IMG/VR virus record: IMGVR_UViG_3300018405_000013
DNA: 60,668 bases
Strand: one strand, 5' to 3'
Source of the DNA: an uncultured virus (IMG/VR IMGVR_UViG_3300018405_000013)
Lineage: Duplodnaviria > Heunggongvirae > Uroviricota > Caudoviricetes
Program-made: the position numbers and the translations under genes
Shown: one piece after another, positions 25,980 to 36,045 of the stretch
Layout of the letters: every line of letters starts with the position of its first letter
Position numbering within the stretch: the stretch's first letter is position 1
The notes under the pieces: model-generated
Told to the model about the DNA's origin: nothing
Databases searched by the model: none
Seen by the model: only the letters and a program-made list of their open reading frames with translations

Positions 25980-27204
25980 CTTTTTCCTCCAAATACGCAA
26001 ATGCTGCTGAATAATCCATAATTATACCAAGTTCATTTAACTTTTTGTAACTATTTGAATTATTTTTTAATACATTAAATTCTTTATTTAGATAAACACT
26101 TTTTATATATCCAATTAGATTAGGTGGACAGTTTTTATCGACCCATATCATAAATGTCTTTCTATCATCTTTTGGTGCATTATCATAATAATATCTTATC
26201 CAATTTTCCGTATTATGCTTATACTTAAAGATTTCATTAGATATTTTTTCAATCCTTATTTTATAATTATCGAGGATTTTACTAATCATATCATCATATC
26301 TATCTTCGGCAATATTTTGTATAACCACATTAATTGATGACATTTTATCAAGAAGTCTATGTAGGTTAATATAATCGTCACATTTAATTTTTATTTTGTG
26401 ACCATCAATATTTATTACCCATCCCTCTTTTTCATTAGACTTCAATTTTTTCATATTATCCAATATTTCATCAAGTGTAGTTTCTTCAATCTGTGTCATT
26501 GGAATATCGTATTTTTCAGCAAATAATTTAATATCATAATAGTTTAATTCTTCACCGGTATAAACATTTCTTATACCAATTAAATATAAACCTTGTTGAT
26601 TTGCATTATATAATACCACATGAGCATCTTTCATACTTATATATTCAAATATAAATGTATAATCTTGATTTTCATATAACATTGTTTTATAGTTATCAGT
26701 CAACATAGAATAACCATCTTGTAATCTCCAAGAATCATCTGCTGACAATGCCATACTACCAGACATAAAGTAATTATCTTTATAATATCTTGCAGATTGC
26801 ATAGAGCCATCTAATTTATTAGTATATTCAACTATTTTAGCCTTATTAAGTTCATCTGATATTACATCAACATTATTTTCTGGTATTTCATCCATGTTAA
26901 AGAATTTTCTAAATGGTGTTAATACAAGTTCTTCATTCTCCAAGTCAATAACAATACTTCTGCATTCCCTATAGATACTATTTGAATCTGTCCACATTGA
27001 CTCTTGCATGTCGGCAATACCATAACGTATTAACAAATAATTATTATATTGATTTGTTTGGAGACAATCAAATATGTCATTGTATTCAACATTATTTAAT
27101 TTTTCTATCCAAGTATTAAAATCAATTGTATCAATACCGAATTTATTTTTATATTCATTTTTTATAGACATAACTAAATTATATACTGGATTCCATTCAT
27201 ACAT
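25972..27204 (-). CDS. ATP-dependent RNA ligase, T4 Rnl1 family
   Basis: ECRS, PFRKFFN, KLDGS (motif I), FEY, EGWV, KIK. Confidence 0.88.
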   Translation of the reverse strand: MYEWNPVYNLVMSIKNEYKNKFGIDTIDFNTWIEKLNNVEYNDIFDCLQTNQYNNYLLIRYGIADMQESMWTDSNSIYRECRSIVIDLENEELVLTPFRKFFNMDEIPENNVDVISDELNKAKIVEYTNKLDGSMQSARYYKDNYFMSGSMALSADDSWRLQDGYSMLTDNYKTMLYENQDYTFIFEYISMKDAHVVLYNANQQGLYLIGIRNVYTGEELNYYDIKLFAEKYDIPMTQIEETTLDEILDNMKKLKSNEKEGWVINIDGHKIKIKCDDYINLHRLLDKMSSINVVIQNIAEDRYDDMISKILDNYKIRIEKISNEIFKYKHNTENWIRYYYDNAPKDDRKTFMIWVDKNCPPNLIGYIKSVYLNKEFNVLKNNSNSYKKLNELGIIMDYSAAFAYLEEKDG

Positions 27205-27219
27205 AATTATTCTCCAATC

Positions 27220-27531
27220 TTACAAACATGCACCGCAACAGCCATGTTCAACATTATTATTAAACATCGAGTCAATGTCGGCGGCGTATGGTTTCAATTC
27301 ATCTGGTAATAAACATACATCAATTACCCAATCGGCAATATTTGTGTATGATTTTGTATAATTTCTATTAAAACCACAAGAGCCACCACTACTCCAAAAC
27401 TTATTTCCTAATTTTGAGCTAAAAACATATTCAACGTCCTCAATTTTAAATTTTAATTCTCCATGACATAATGAAATTTCATGGTTGTATGAGATAAATT
27501 CAATTTTTGACTGTGTATAATTTTTTAACAT
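27220..27531 (-). CDS. hypothetical protein, first gene of RNA-repair operon
   Basis: RBS GGAG; FWSSGGSC...NVEHGCCGACL; promoter at 27565-27593. Confidence 0.7.
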   Translation of the reverse strand: MLKNYTQSKIEFISYNHEISLCHGELKFKIEDVEYVFSSKLGNKFWSSGGSCGFNRNYTKSYTNIADWVIDVCLLPDELKPYAADIDSMFNNNVEHGCCGACL

Positions 27532-27655
27532 TCTTATTTTCTCCAATCCGAAAAAGATAATTGCATTATATCATGCTTTATTAGTCTTGTCAAGTTTTTT
27601 GTAATCTTATGTTTTTTATTAAACATATAAATGTATCACGCATTAATATTATATA

Positions 27656-27792
27656 TATTATAAGTATTATTATATATACTTATATACTATGTCTATATAG
27701 TCTTATATTATAAGTATATAAACGTATATATAATAATAATACACTTACGTATATTATTATATATACTTATATAAGTATTATATTATAAGTAT
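27656..27792. repeat. AT-rich direct repeats in divergent intergenic region (candidate origin)
   Basis: TATTATAAGTAT at 27656, 27706, 27781; TATTATTATATATACTTATATA at 27665 and 27752. Confidence 0.6.
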
Positions 27793-27807
27793 GCTTAGTA
27801 ACTATAT

Positions 27808-28009
27808 ATTATATCATACTTTTTTATACTTGTCAAGTGTTTGGAGAAGAAAAAATAATTTAATTTAATTTTTGATATGGCTTGACAAATTATTTAATTT
27901 ATGCTATAATATATTCAACAGTTGAAATTATAAAGGAATTTATGTGAGAAGATAAATAATAAATTAATTTATAAAAACTATTGACAAAATTACAAATTTA
28001 TGCTATACT
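27808..28009. promoter_or_regulatory. divergent sigma-A promoters
   Basis: minus TTGACA-17-TATAAT 27836-27808; plus TTGACA-17-TATAAT 27882-27910 and TTGACA-17-TATACT 27981-28009 (both with extended TG). Confidence 0.8.
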
Positions 28010-28047
28010 GTATATACAAGGTAAACAAAAAGAAAAGAGGTGAAAAA

Positions 28048-28209
28048 ATGGCTACAATAGAAGTGAGATATTCTCACGGCGAAGAGAAGTATGTATGCTC
28101 TGAGTGTGAAGAAGAAATTAATGAAGCTCTAATTGAAGACTATATTTATGAAAAAGCGAAGAGATGCCCAAGTTGTGGGGAGCTTATAGAAGATGTTGAT
28201 ATTTTTTAA
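28048..28209 (+). CDS. small zinc-ribbon protein
   Basis: CSEC...CPSCG; RBS GAGGTG. Confidence 0.7.
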   Translation: MATIEVRYSHGEEKYVCSECEEEINEALIEDYIYEKAKRCPSCGELIEDVDIF

Positions 28210-28244
28210 TACATATAAAAATTAAAGAAAGATAAGAGGTATAA

Positions 28245-28454
28245 ATGATTTTACTTATAGGGAAAGAAAATTGCCCAAGATGTGAAATGACAAAGAAAAT
28301 TCTTAGTGATAAAAATATAGAATTTGAATATCAGTTATTATCATCTATGGATAATAAATTAGAAATAGAAAAAATGGCAAAGGAAAAAAATACAAATACA
28401 CTTCCTTTAATTTTAAAAGATGGCATTTTAGTAGATTTACAGGAGGTAATTTAA
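28245..28454 (+). CDS. glutaredoxin/NrdH-like redoxin
   Basis: CPRC, TLPLI..DG. Confidence 0.85.
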   Translation: MILLIGKENCPRCEMTKKILSDKNIEFEYQLLSSMDNKLEIEKMAKEKNTNTLPLILKDGILVDLQEVI

Positions 28455-28455
28455 T

Positions 28456-30354
28456 ATGTATTTCAAGACTACATACGAGAGTGCATTTGATGATTTATAT
28501 ATGCATTTAAGAGCAAAATATCCAGACAAATTGTTTGACATGGACGGAATTGGTAAACAAATGGATATGTCAGAATTTAGTAAGAACTTTTTTGCTTCAA
28601 ACGTTCAAGCAGATGCAAGCATAGATGCTAATGCTAATTGTGATGATATAAGCGTTATTGCATATAACACAGAGCTTCCGAAACCGTTCTTTAGACTAAA
28701 TAGCTATTATATTTTATGGAAAGAATTAAGAAGATTATATGGTCAATTAATTGCTAACGAAATTATTGAAATGCAATTAACAGGTGATATTTACATACAT
28801 GATTTCCACGGAATTGCTGCAGGATTGCCATATTGTTTTAACTATTCAACATATGATGTAATGACTAAAGGATTACCGATGGTAAAGAAAATTAAATCAT
28901 TACCACCAAAATACTTATATGCATTTAAGTCTCAGCTTGAACAATTTACAATTATTGCATCAAATTCAACACTTGGAGCAACAGGTGTAGCAGATTTATT
29001 AGTTGTAATGTCATATTACGTTAATAATATTTTAAAAACTAAATCAGATGCACATTTTAAATTTGAAACAGAAGATGATTGTTGGACTTACATAAGAGAA
29101 AATCTCGTGTCATTTATTTACACAATTAATCAGCCGATGAGGGCAAATCAATCACCATTTACAAATATCTCGGTGTATGATAAATATTTCTTGGATAAAT
29201 TATGTGAAGATTATCTATTTCCAGATGGAAGTTCTCCAGACAAGGATATTGTTAATAAATTGCAAGAAATTTATCTAAATATTATTAACGATGAACTATC
29301 AAGAACACCATTAACATTCCCAGTCACTACTGCATGTTTCAGCATTGACGAAGAAAATAATATTAAGGATGAAAAATTCTTAAAGTTTATAGCAGAACAA
29401 AATCAAGAGTACGGATTTATCAATATTTATTGTGGTGATAGTTCGACATTAAGTTCATGTTGTAGATTGAGAAGTGAACAAAAGTCAGAATACTTTAATT
29501 CATTTGGAAGTGGTTCAAGCAAAATTGGTAGTTTAGGTGTATGCTCAATTAACTTCCCAAGATTAGCAATTAAATATCCGAATGAAAAAGATTTTACTGA
29601 AAACCTATTAAAAATGGTTGTAGTATGTGCAAGAATTAATAATGCTAAAAGAAAGATTGTTGAAAAGAGAATTAAAAATGGTAATGAACCATTATATACA
29701 TATGGATTTATGGAATTGTCCAAACAATATTCAACAGTAGGTGTTAATGGATTTAATGAATGTATTGAAATTCTTGGAACAAATATTCTTGAAAAAGAAG
29801 GCCAAGAATTAGCTATAAGAATCCTTGATGCCGTTAATGATATGAATGCAAAATTACAAAAGAAGTATAACGCACCACATAACTGCGAACAGGTTCCGGC
29901 AGAAAACATGAGTATTAAGATGGCAGAAAAAGATAGATATTTAGGATACCAAGATAAGTATACTATTTATAGTAATCAATTTATTCCATTAACAACAAAT
30001 GCAGATATGTTGGATAGAATTAAACTACAAGGATTGTTTGATAAGCATTTTTCTGGTGGGGCTATATGTCATATCAATGCTGATTCAAAAATAGAAGATG
30101 TTAATGATATTATGAATTTGATTAAAATGACGGCTAAAATGGGCGTTGTATATCACGCAATAAACTATGTATTAGCTGAATGTAAAGATGGTCATATGAG
30201 TGTCACAAACAATGATACGTGTTTAATTTGTGGAAAACCAATTATCAATAAATACACGAGAGTAGTTGGGTTCCTTACAAATGTTAAAAATTGGCACAAA
30301 GTAAGAAGAGAACAAGACTTTCCAAATAGACAATTTTATCACGGTTTAAAATAA
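28456..30354 (+). CDS. nrdD: anaerobic (class III) ribonucleotide reductase, no ATP cone
   Basis: IYIHD, PYC, TFPV, SSCCRL, EQVPAE, SGG, YTRVVGFL glycyl-radical motif. Confidence 0.93.
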   Translation: MYFKTTYESAFDDLYMHLRAKYPDKLFDMDGIGKQMDMSEFSKNFFASNVQADASIDANANCDDISVIAYNTELPKPFFRLNSYYILWKELRRLYGQLIANEIIEMQLTGDIYIHDFHGIAAGLPYCFNYSTYDVMTKGLPMVKKIKSLPPKYLYAFKSQLEQFTIIASNSTLGATGVADLLVVMSYYVNNILKTKSDAHFKFETEDDCWTYIRENLVSFIYTINQPMRANQSPFTNISVYDKYFLDKLCEDYLFPDGSSPDKDIVNKLQEIYLNIINDELSRTPLTFPVTTACFSIDEENNIKDEKFLKFIAEQNQEYGFINIYCGDSSTLSSCCRLRSEQKSEYFNSFGSGSSKIGSLGVCSINFPRLAIKYPNEKDFTENLLKMVVVCARINNAKRKIVEKRIKNGNEPLYTYGFMELSKQYSTVGVNGFNECIEILGTNILEKEGQELAIRILDAVNDMNAKLQKKYNAPHNCEQVPAENMSIKMAEKDRYLGYQDKYTIYSNQFIPLTTNADMLDRIKLQGLFDKHFSGGAICHINADSKIEDVNDIMNLIKMTAKMGVVYHAINYVLAECKDGHMSVTNNDTCLICGKPIINKYTRVVGFLTNVKNWHKVRREQDFPNRQFYHGLK

Positions 30355-30365
30355 AGGAGTATAAT

Positions 30366-30830
30366 GTGCGTATTTTAGCATCACAATACACCTTAAATAA
30401 TAAAGCTTTTGAAATATATGTAGCCGGTTGCAGTGGTAAACCCCACTGTGCTGGCTGTCATAACCCTGAATCGTGGCGATTTGATATAGGTGATGTATAT
30501 GATAAAGATTATTATTTAGGTAAAATAAAGGAAAAAGTAGAAGAATTTGATATTATGATAGATAATATTATGATTTTCGGCGGAGAACCACTGGATAATG
30601 ATTATAATGAATTAGAATTTATGTTATTGGATTTTAAAAAACTAAAGAAAAAGATATGGTTATTTACAAGATATAATTTTAACGAAGTTCCGATGTTTGT
30701 TAAATCAAATTGTGATTATATAAAGTGTGGAAGGTATGATGAAAATTTAAGATGTGATGATAATATACAGTATGGTATAACCTTAGCCACATCAAACCAG
30801 AACATATATAAGAAAGGCAAGGATTATTAA
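30366..30830 (+). CDS. nrdG: class III RNR activase (radical SAM)
   Basis: GC...HCAGCHNPESW, GGEPLD, K.GRY, SNQ. Confidence 0.9.
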   Translation: MRILASQYTLNNKAFEIYVAGCSGKPHCAGCHNPESWRFDIGDVYDKDYYLGKIKEKVEEFDIMIDNIMIFGGEPLDNDYNELEFMLLDFKKLKKKIWLFTRYNFNEVPMFVKSNCDYIKCGRYDENLRCDDNIQYGITLATSNQNIYKKGKDY

Positions 30831-31298
30831 ATGAGTTACGGATATAAAATGAACATTCTTACAGATGGAACGTTCGATAATGATGCTTATAATGAATTAT
30901 CAAATGTAGTTATTGGTAAAAATAATGAAATTGGCGGATTTAGTTGGATTAATATTAATGAAGATAAAAACTATATTTCTCTTGAATCACATAATGGTCA
31001 TTGCCACAGACAAGATGGTTTTGGAAAAATAATGGCGGATTTATGTGCCATTAAAAATGCATCAACATTGGTAAGATTTTGGACTGATGAACATACAGGC
31101 AGAGGTGGAATTGAAGACAGCACAGATAGGTTAATCAAGAACGGTGTGTATATTGGAGATAGAAAAGCTACATATAAATATTCTATTGATGAAAATGGTT
31201 TTCCAACAAGCGTAATTGAATCACATAAATTTACATTAGAAGATATTGATGAAAATGAATTTATAAATGGTTCAATGTATAAGGTTGGTGGTAATTAA
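30831..31298 (+). CDS. hypothetical protein
   Basis: ORF, coupled to nrdG stop. Confidence 0.65.
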   Translation: MSYGYKMNILTDGTFDNDAYNELSNVVIGKNNEIGGFSWININEDKNYISLESHNGHCHRQDGFGKIMADLCAIKNASTLVRFWTDEHTGRGGIEDSTDRLIKNGVYIGDRKATYKYSIDENGFPTSVIESHKFTLEDIDENEFINGSMYKVGGN

Positions 31299-31299
31299 T

Positions 31300-31494
31300 A
31301 TGGAATTTATAATTGAAAAAAATCCAGATAATGAATTTTATGAAAATATTACAAAAGCCGTAAAAGAAAACGACGGATATTGCCCATGTTTACTAACCAA
31401 AGATTCTGACACCAAGTGTATTTGTAAAGATTTTAGAGAGCAAGACCATGAAGGATTTTGTCATTGTCAAAGATATATCAAAGTTAAGAAATAG
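31300..31494 (+). CDS. ferredoxin:thioredoxin reductase catalytic-subunit-like protein
   Basis: GYCPC...CIC...GFCHC..Y Cys pattern. Confidence 0.8.
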   Translation: MEFIIEKNPDNEFYENITKAVKENDGYCPCLLTKDSDTKCICKDFREQDHEGFCHCQRYIKVKK

Positions 31495-31502
31495 GAGAGA
31501 TT

Positions 31503-32177
31503 ATGAATAAATTATTAAACATATTAGATAAAACAACAATTATTTTTTCAATAACAACAATAATTCTTTTATTGTTAGCACCGATGATAATTGCATTTAC
31601 AATGTTTGCAATTACATTAATATCATCCTTATTATCAGCAATTGTAGAATTTTATGTAAATGTTAATAAAAAGAAGGTATATTTTTCTAAGGTTAGAGAA
31701 GATGTAGTTATTCCTTCTAAGTTAGAAGAGAATGCTGGATATGACGTATATGCTAATTTTAAAGAAGATTATATGGTTATAGCGCCACATGAAACAAAGA
31801 TGATTCCAACTGGAATTGCGAGTGCATGTTCATCAGATTACTATTTCCAATTATTTGAAAGAGGTACCACTGGCACAAAAGGAATTGCACAAAGATGTGG
31901 TGTAATTGACAGTGGGTATAGAAACGAATGGTTTGTTCCTATTACAAACACTACAAATAAAGTGATGTTTATTTCAAAATTATCTGAAAAAGATACATAT
32001 AGTAAATATTATAACGATAAGATGACAGAAAGCTTTGTATATCCATATGAAAAGGGAATTTGCCAAGCAGTATTATTACCAGTTCCAAAAGTTAATGTAA
32101 ACGAAATCTCATATGAAGATTTATGTAAGATTAAATCAAATAGAGGTATGGGCAAATTAGGGAGTAGTCATAAATAA
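31503..32177 (+). CDS. dut: trimeric dUTPase with N-terminal hydrophobic extension
   Basis: AGYDVY, IPTGI, GVIDSGYR, ICQ, RG.G.LGSS; first ~50 aa hydrophobic. Confidence 0.88.
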   Translation: MNKLLNILDKTTIIFSITTIILLLLAPMIIAFTMFAITLISSLLSAIVEFYVNVNKKKVYFSKVREDVVIPSKLEENAGYDVYANFKEDYMVIAPHETKMIPTGIASACSSDYYFQLFERGTTGTKGIAQRCGVIDSGYRNEWFVPITNTTNKVMFISKLSEKDTYSKYYNDKMTESFVYPYEKGICQAVLLPVPKVNVNEISYEDLCKIKSNRGMGKLGSSHK

Positions 32178-32178
32178 T

Positions 32179-32430
32179 ATGGTAGAAAGAAAAACTTGGG
32201 AAGAATTTAGAGATTGCAAAATGTTGTGGTGGATCAATATGATCCTTCACACGTTTGGATGGGCTATTGTTGTGGATATTGAAACAGAAACAGGTAAGGT
32301 TGTAGATTCATATCCAGCAAGAGTTAAGTTTAGAGGGTTTGAAGATAAGTATAATACGTCTGGATATATTGGTGTTAGCCAATTTATGAAAGATAACGCA
32401 GAAGAATTATATAAGGAGTCGATGGAATAA
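32179..32430 (+). CDS. conserved-looking phage hypothetical protein
   Basis: LWWIN.ILH.FGWAI...YPARVKFRGF. Confidence 0.7.
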   Translation: MVERKTWEEFRDCKMLWWINMILHTFGWAIVVDIETETGKVVDSYPARVKFRGFEDKYNTSGYIGVSQFMKDNAEELYKESME

Positions 32431-32699
32431 TGATGAAATTAAATGAAACAGTTGAAATGATGAACAGCGAAGATTATAAGGAAAGATTTTTAGCAGAATA
32501 TATGCAATTAAAGATTAGAGCGGATGGATTATTTAAGATGTTGGATAAGTATAAAGAAGGCACATTAGATTTTACACCATCATGCAGTTATGATTTATTA
32601 AACGCACAGCTAAAGTCTATGGATTTATACGCATCATATTTGGAAGATAGGGCAGAAGTAGAAGAAATTGACCTAAATGCCGAAATTGCGAAAATGTAA
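32430..32699 (+). CDS. phage hypothetical protein (crAss001_48-like)
   Basis: M.SEDYKERF.AEY.QL...L.FTP.C..LL..Q..M..Y...L..RA. Confidence 0.7.
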   Translation: MMKLNETVEMMNSEDYKERFLAEYMQLKIRADGLFKMLDKYKEGTLDFTPSCSYDLLNAQLKSMDLYASYLEDRAEVEEIDLNAEIAKM

Positions 32700-32712
32700 T
32701 TTTACAAACGAG

Positions 32713-32750
32713 AAAAAATAAGGGTAGACGTTAATCTACCCTTATTTTTT
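32713..32750. terminator. bidirectional intrinsic terminator between convergent blocks
   Basis: AAAAAATAAGGGTAGA-CGTTAA-TCTACCCTTATTTTTT. Confidence 0.85.
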
Positions 32751-34728
32751 ATTTTACTAATATTTGGATTATGTTTTTATTAACTCTTTTCATAACCCTG
32801 TATCCAGTATCACTATTAGTTGCAATACCATTATCGTTGGATTTGCAATATCCATTGACTTTGCAAGTTCCATCGTCTAATGCTAATAAAACACCCATCA
32901 TACCAATAGAATCCCACTCTTTTCTATTTTCTCTTGGTTCGTATTTAACAGAAGAGTCCCAATCTGGATTATACATAGGAATTATTTCAGTATGTTCTTC
33001 TCTTACTAATACATCTTTTTCTACTGGTATTTTAGTAATAACACCATCTTCATCAATATTTTCATTATAAGTTACAACTTTTTTATATTCTGCTGGAATT
33101 ATAACTTCTTTATGTTTAATTCTACCGAAATCATCAGTAACATACGTATTACACCATCCATCTGGATTGTTACCTATAACAGATGGGGTTGCAGAAACAA
33201 TTCCAAGTATGTAGCTATCTGTAGATGTTGCTTTTCTTATTTTATCACCATCTAAGGTTACAAAATAACCGGCGCGGTCTTCATCTAAAGTATTTCCATC
33301 CAACCACTCAAATAATTCAGCATAGTCTGCGCCACTTGAATTAAATGCGCTTAAACCATAAGTTTTACCATCAAATGTAACTCTAAATGCATTATTTTTA
33401 GCAGAAGGCCCACCACCATTCCCTATTACAAAAACATCAGAAGTTGACGTAAAAGAATTAACACTACCCGTCAAATCTTTATTAAAATTACCTATGGCAT
33501 GAGAAGCAAATGTATTTGCAGTTGTTCCACTTCCCTGTGAATGTGCAGCATATCCACTTGCAGTTGTCTGCGTCCCTTCTGCATGTGATGTCTCACCGCT
33601 TGATGTGCATCCATCACCTTCTGCGTGTGAATATAGACCGGAGGCAGTTGTAAACCCACATTCTGCATGTGAGCCATCGCCACTTGCCACCGTCTCTTCG
33701 CCTTCGGCATGAGAATTAACCCCGGAAGAAACAGTCTTATATCCTTCGGCATATGAATTTGTATTATTAGCAATAGTTTCCCTGCCACATGCATATGAAT
33801 TTTCACCAGATGCAGTTGTAGTATATCCAATAGCACATGATTGGTTGGCGCTTGCTATACACCCCATGCCTGCTGTATGGGCAGCTTGACCAGAGGATAC
33901 GCCTTCTATTCCTTCTGCGTGGGCAGCTCTGCCAGAAGCTATAGTTCTTAAACCTTCTGTGTGTGCACCCATTCCAGTAGAAACGGTTGCATACCCCTCA
34001 GAGTGTGATGTTAATGTCCCTGTTGCTTTTACGGCATATTCCCAACTTGAAGCCGGCGTCCCAAATTCAACAGTAACGGAATTGTCGGTTATGGTGGTTA
34101 TCCTTGTTTTTATTGGAGAATTGTTATATACATTAATATATATATAATCATTTACATACCATGAAGATGGCGTTGTTTCTAATGTAATAACCTGGCCTGC
34201 GAAACTTGATATTTTATAAAGATTTCCTTCTGCTGATAAATTACTTTTGCCTTCCGTATGTGTATTTCTACTTATTGACATATTGCTTTCACCTTCTGCA
34301 TGTGAATTATCGCCCGATGCAATGTTTATTCGTCCCTCAGCATGTGAAGCCGCACCAAGTGCGATATTGGAAAAACCTTCCGAATGTGAATTTGCACCTT
34401 CGGCAGAAGTAGAGTCGCCTTCTGCCACGCTATTTTCATGTAAAGCAAATGAAGATGAAGATAGTGATACGCCACGATACCCTTTACCTGTAATACGAAG
34501 TCCAATATCATCATCATCGCCAGAAGCAGTTATAATAGGTATTTCACCTATTATTGAGTTTGAAATATTAATCTCGTTAACAGCATCCGTAACAGTATCT
34601 GCAAATTTAATAATTTCATTACCATTATTATCATTTATAGATGGCATTAAAGATAGCGATAAATTTTCTATTCTGTATTTTGGATCGTATATGTTTCCAG
34701 AATAGAAACTACCCTTATAATCTGACAT
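32749..34728 (-). CDS. tail fibre/spike with SHAEG repeats and C-terminal peptidase G2 autocleavage chaperone domain
   Basis: ~14-aa SHAEG..T.ASG repeats; GADYAELFEWLDGN...RKEWDSIGMMG..DDGTC. Confidence 0.85.
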   Translation of the reverse strand: MSDYKGSFYSGNIYDPKYRIENLSLSLMPSINDNNGNEIIKFADTVTDAVNEINISNSIIGEIPIITASGDDDDIGLRITGKGYRGVSLSSSSFALHENSVAEGDSTSAEGANSHSEGFSNIALGAASHAEGRINIASGDNSHAEGESNMSISRNTHTEGKSNLSAEGNLYKISSFAGQVITLETTPSSWYVNDYIYINVYNNSPIKTRITTITDNSVTVEFGTPASSWEYAVKATGTLTSHSEGYATVSTGMGAHTEGLRTIASGRAAHAEGIEGVSSGQAAHTAGMGCIASANQSCAIGYTTTASGENSYACGRETIANNTNSYAEGYKTVSSGVNSHAEGEETVASGDGSHAECGFTTASGLYSHAEGDGCTSSGETSHAEGTQTTASGYAAHSQGSGTTANTFASHAIGNFNKDLTGSVNSFTSTSDVFVIGNGGGPSAKNNAFRVTFDGKTYGLSAFNSSGADYAELFEWLDGNTLDEDRAGYFVTLDGDKIRKATSTDSYILGIVSATPSVIGNNPDGWCNTYVTDDFGRIKHKEVIIPAEYKKVVTYNENIDEDGVITKIPVEKDVLVREEHTEIIPMYNPDWDSSVKYEPRENRKEWDSIGMMGVLLALDDGTCKVNGYCKSNDNGIATNSDTGYRVMKRVNKNIIQILVK

Positions 34729-34756
34729 GTATTATGCCTCCTTTCATATTTTGATG

Positions 34757-35269
34757 CTAAAATAACTTTTCAATGGCTTGATAAATTATATAAACCATTG
34801 CTACAAATTGTATTCCATATTTTTTAATCAAAACACGGACGTCAAATTTAAAAATTTCTTCATTTGAACTAATTTCATGTTCAATATTTTGTATTTTCTC
34901 ATCCATTTTAATTTCTAATTTTGATAAATTTTCTTGCGTCTCCTTTGTTTCGGAATTCAATTTATCTAAATTTAGATTTACTTTTTCTAATGTAAAAGAG
35001 AAAGAACGCATCAATTCATCTCTTCTATCGTTTTTCTTCTTTTCTAATACACTTTCTTCTTTATTAGTTTCCATCAATGTGGTTAATCTTGTTATAGCTT
35101 CGCTTATTGAATCAAGTTTTTCTATTTTCTCTCCCATAGACTCAATTTTAGTCTCGATTCTTGCGATTTTTTCGCCATGATCCTTCACATCTTTGCTAAT
35201 ATCTTCCATTATGCTTAAACCTACGCTTTCATTATATTTTTCTCCATAATCTTCGTCTAAATTTTTCAT
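34757..35269 (-). CDS. coiled-coil protein with C-terminal TM helix
   Basis: heptad pattern; hydrophobic C-terminus; RBS AAGGGAG. Confidence 0.7.
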   Translation of the reverse strand: MKNLDEDYGEKYNESVGLSIMEDISKDVKDHGEKIARIETKIESMGEKIEKLDSISEAITRLTTLMETNKEESVLEKKKNDRRDELMRSFSFTLEKVNLNLDKLNSETKETQENLSKLEIKMDEKIQNIEHEISSNEEIFKFDVRVLIKKYGIQFVAMVYIIYQAIEKLF

Positions 35270-35291
35270 GGAGTTTTTTTCACTCCCTTCA

Positions 35292-35864
35292 TCATAATTT
35301 ACTTTTTTTATTATACCGCATCATTAACGCAACGCATAATATAGACATGCTTATAGCGCTTGATATTAAATTACCGATATAATTATTCATGTTAACACAT
35401 AAAAAACTAATAAAATAAAATAAGATAAGTGTATTTATATATTTACTAACAAACCATTCCTTGGTTTTACCATTCATATTTTCTTTTGATATAATTGGAA
35501 CTTTTTTAATTATGTATATTCCAAATACCATACTTATAAACAATAGAATGTTTACTTGACACATTATGTATTTAGAGATTATAGCCGTAGATAATATCAA
35601 CGGAATACTAATACATAAACATTTATCAAGAGTTGTAGAATGATATCCACCACTATATAACCGTAATACATTTAACACAATTAGAACAATTATCATTTGT
35701 GGTATGCATTCAAATATATATGCAAGACCAAAAAAGAATATGTTGGATATAATAAAAAAAGTAAGAAATATGACGTTATCTTCAAAATCATCATAATTTC
35801 TTACTTTAAATAGCTTTGTTTTAATTAATGCGTCAATAATCCGCATTGATATTTTTATAATCAT
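35292..35864 (-). CDS. agrB: accessory gene regulator B (AgrB) family peptide-processing membrane protease
   Basis: LRLYSGGYHS...C motif (catalytic His/Cys), ~6 TM. Confidence 0.85.
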   Translation of the reverse strand: MIIKISMRIIDALIKTKLFKVRNYDDFEDNVIFLTFFIISNIFFFGLAYIFECIPQMIIVLIVLNVLRLYSGGYHSTTLDKCLCISIPLILSTAIISKYIMCQVNILLFISMVFGIYIIKKVPIISKENMNGKTKEWFVSKYINTLILFYFISFLCVNMNNYIGNLISSAISMSILCVALMMRYNKKSKL

Positions 35865-36045
35865 TAATTTGACCTTTCTTTATCCTAAAATTTGCAAAAT
35901 TAAAAGGCTGATTTTATCTGCTAAATGACACCTTACAAACGGCTAAATTTCAACGTTTGTATATGCCAAATTGGACAAAATCAACCTTTTTAATTTTTTG
36001 ATGGTATTTCACATCAATTTTGTAGATAATTATGTAAATTATCTA

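Noticed and set aside
33480..34440. DGR target or DNA tandem repeat
   Set aside because: Repetition is the 14-aa SHAEG protein repeat with divergent codons; no reverse transcriptase or template repeat seen.
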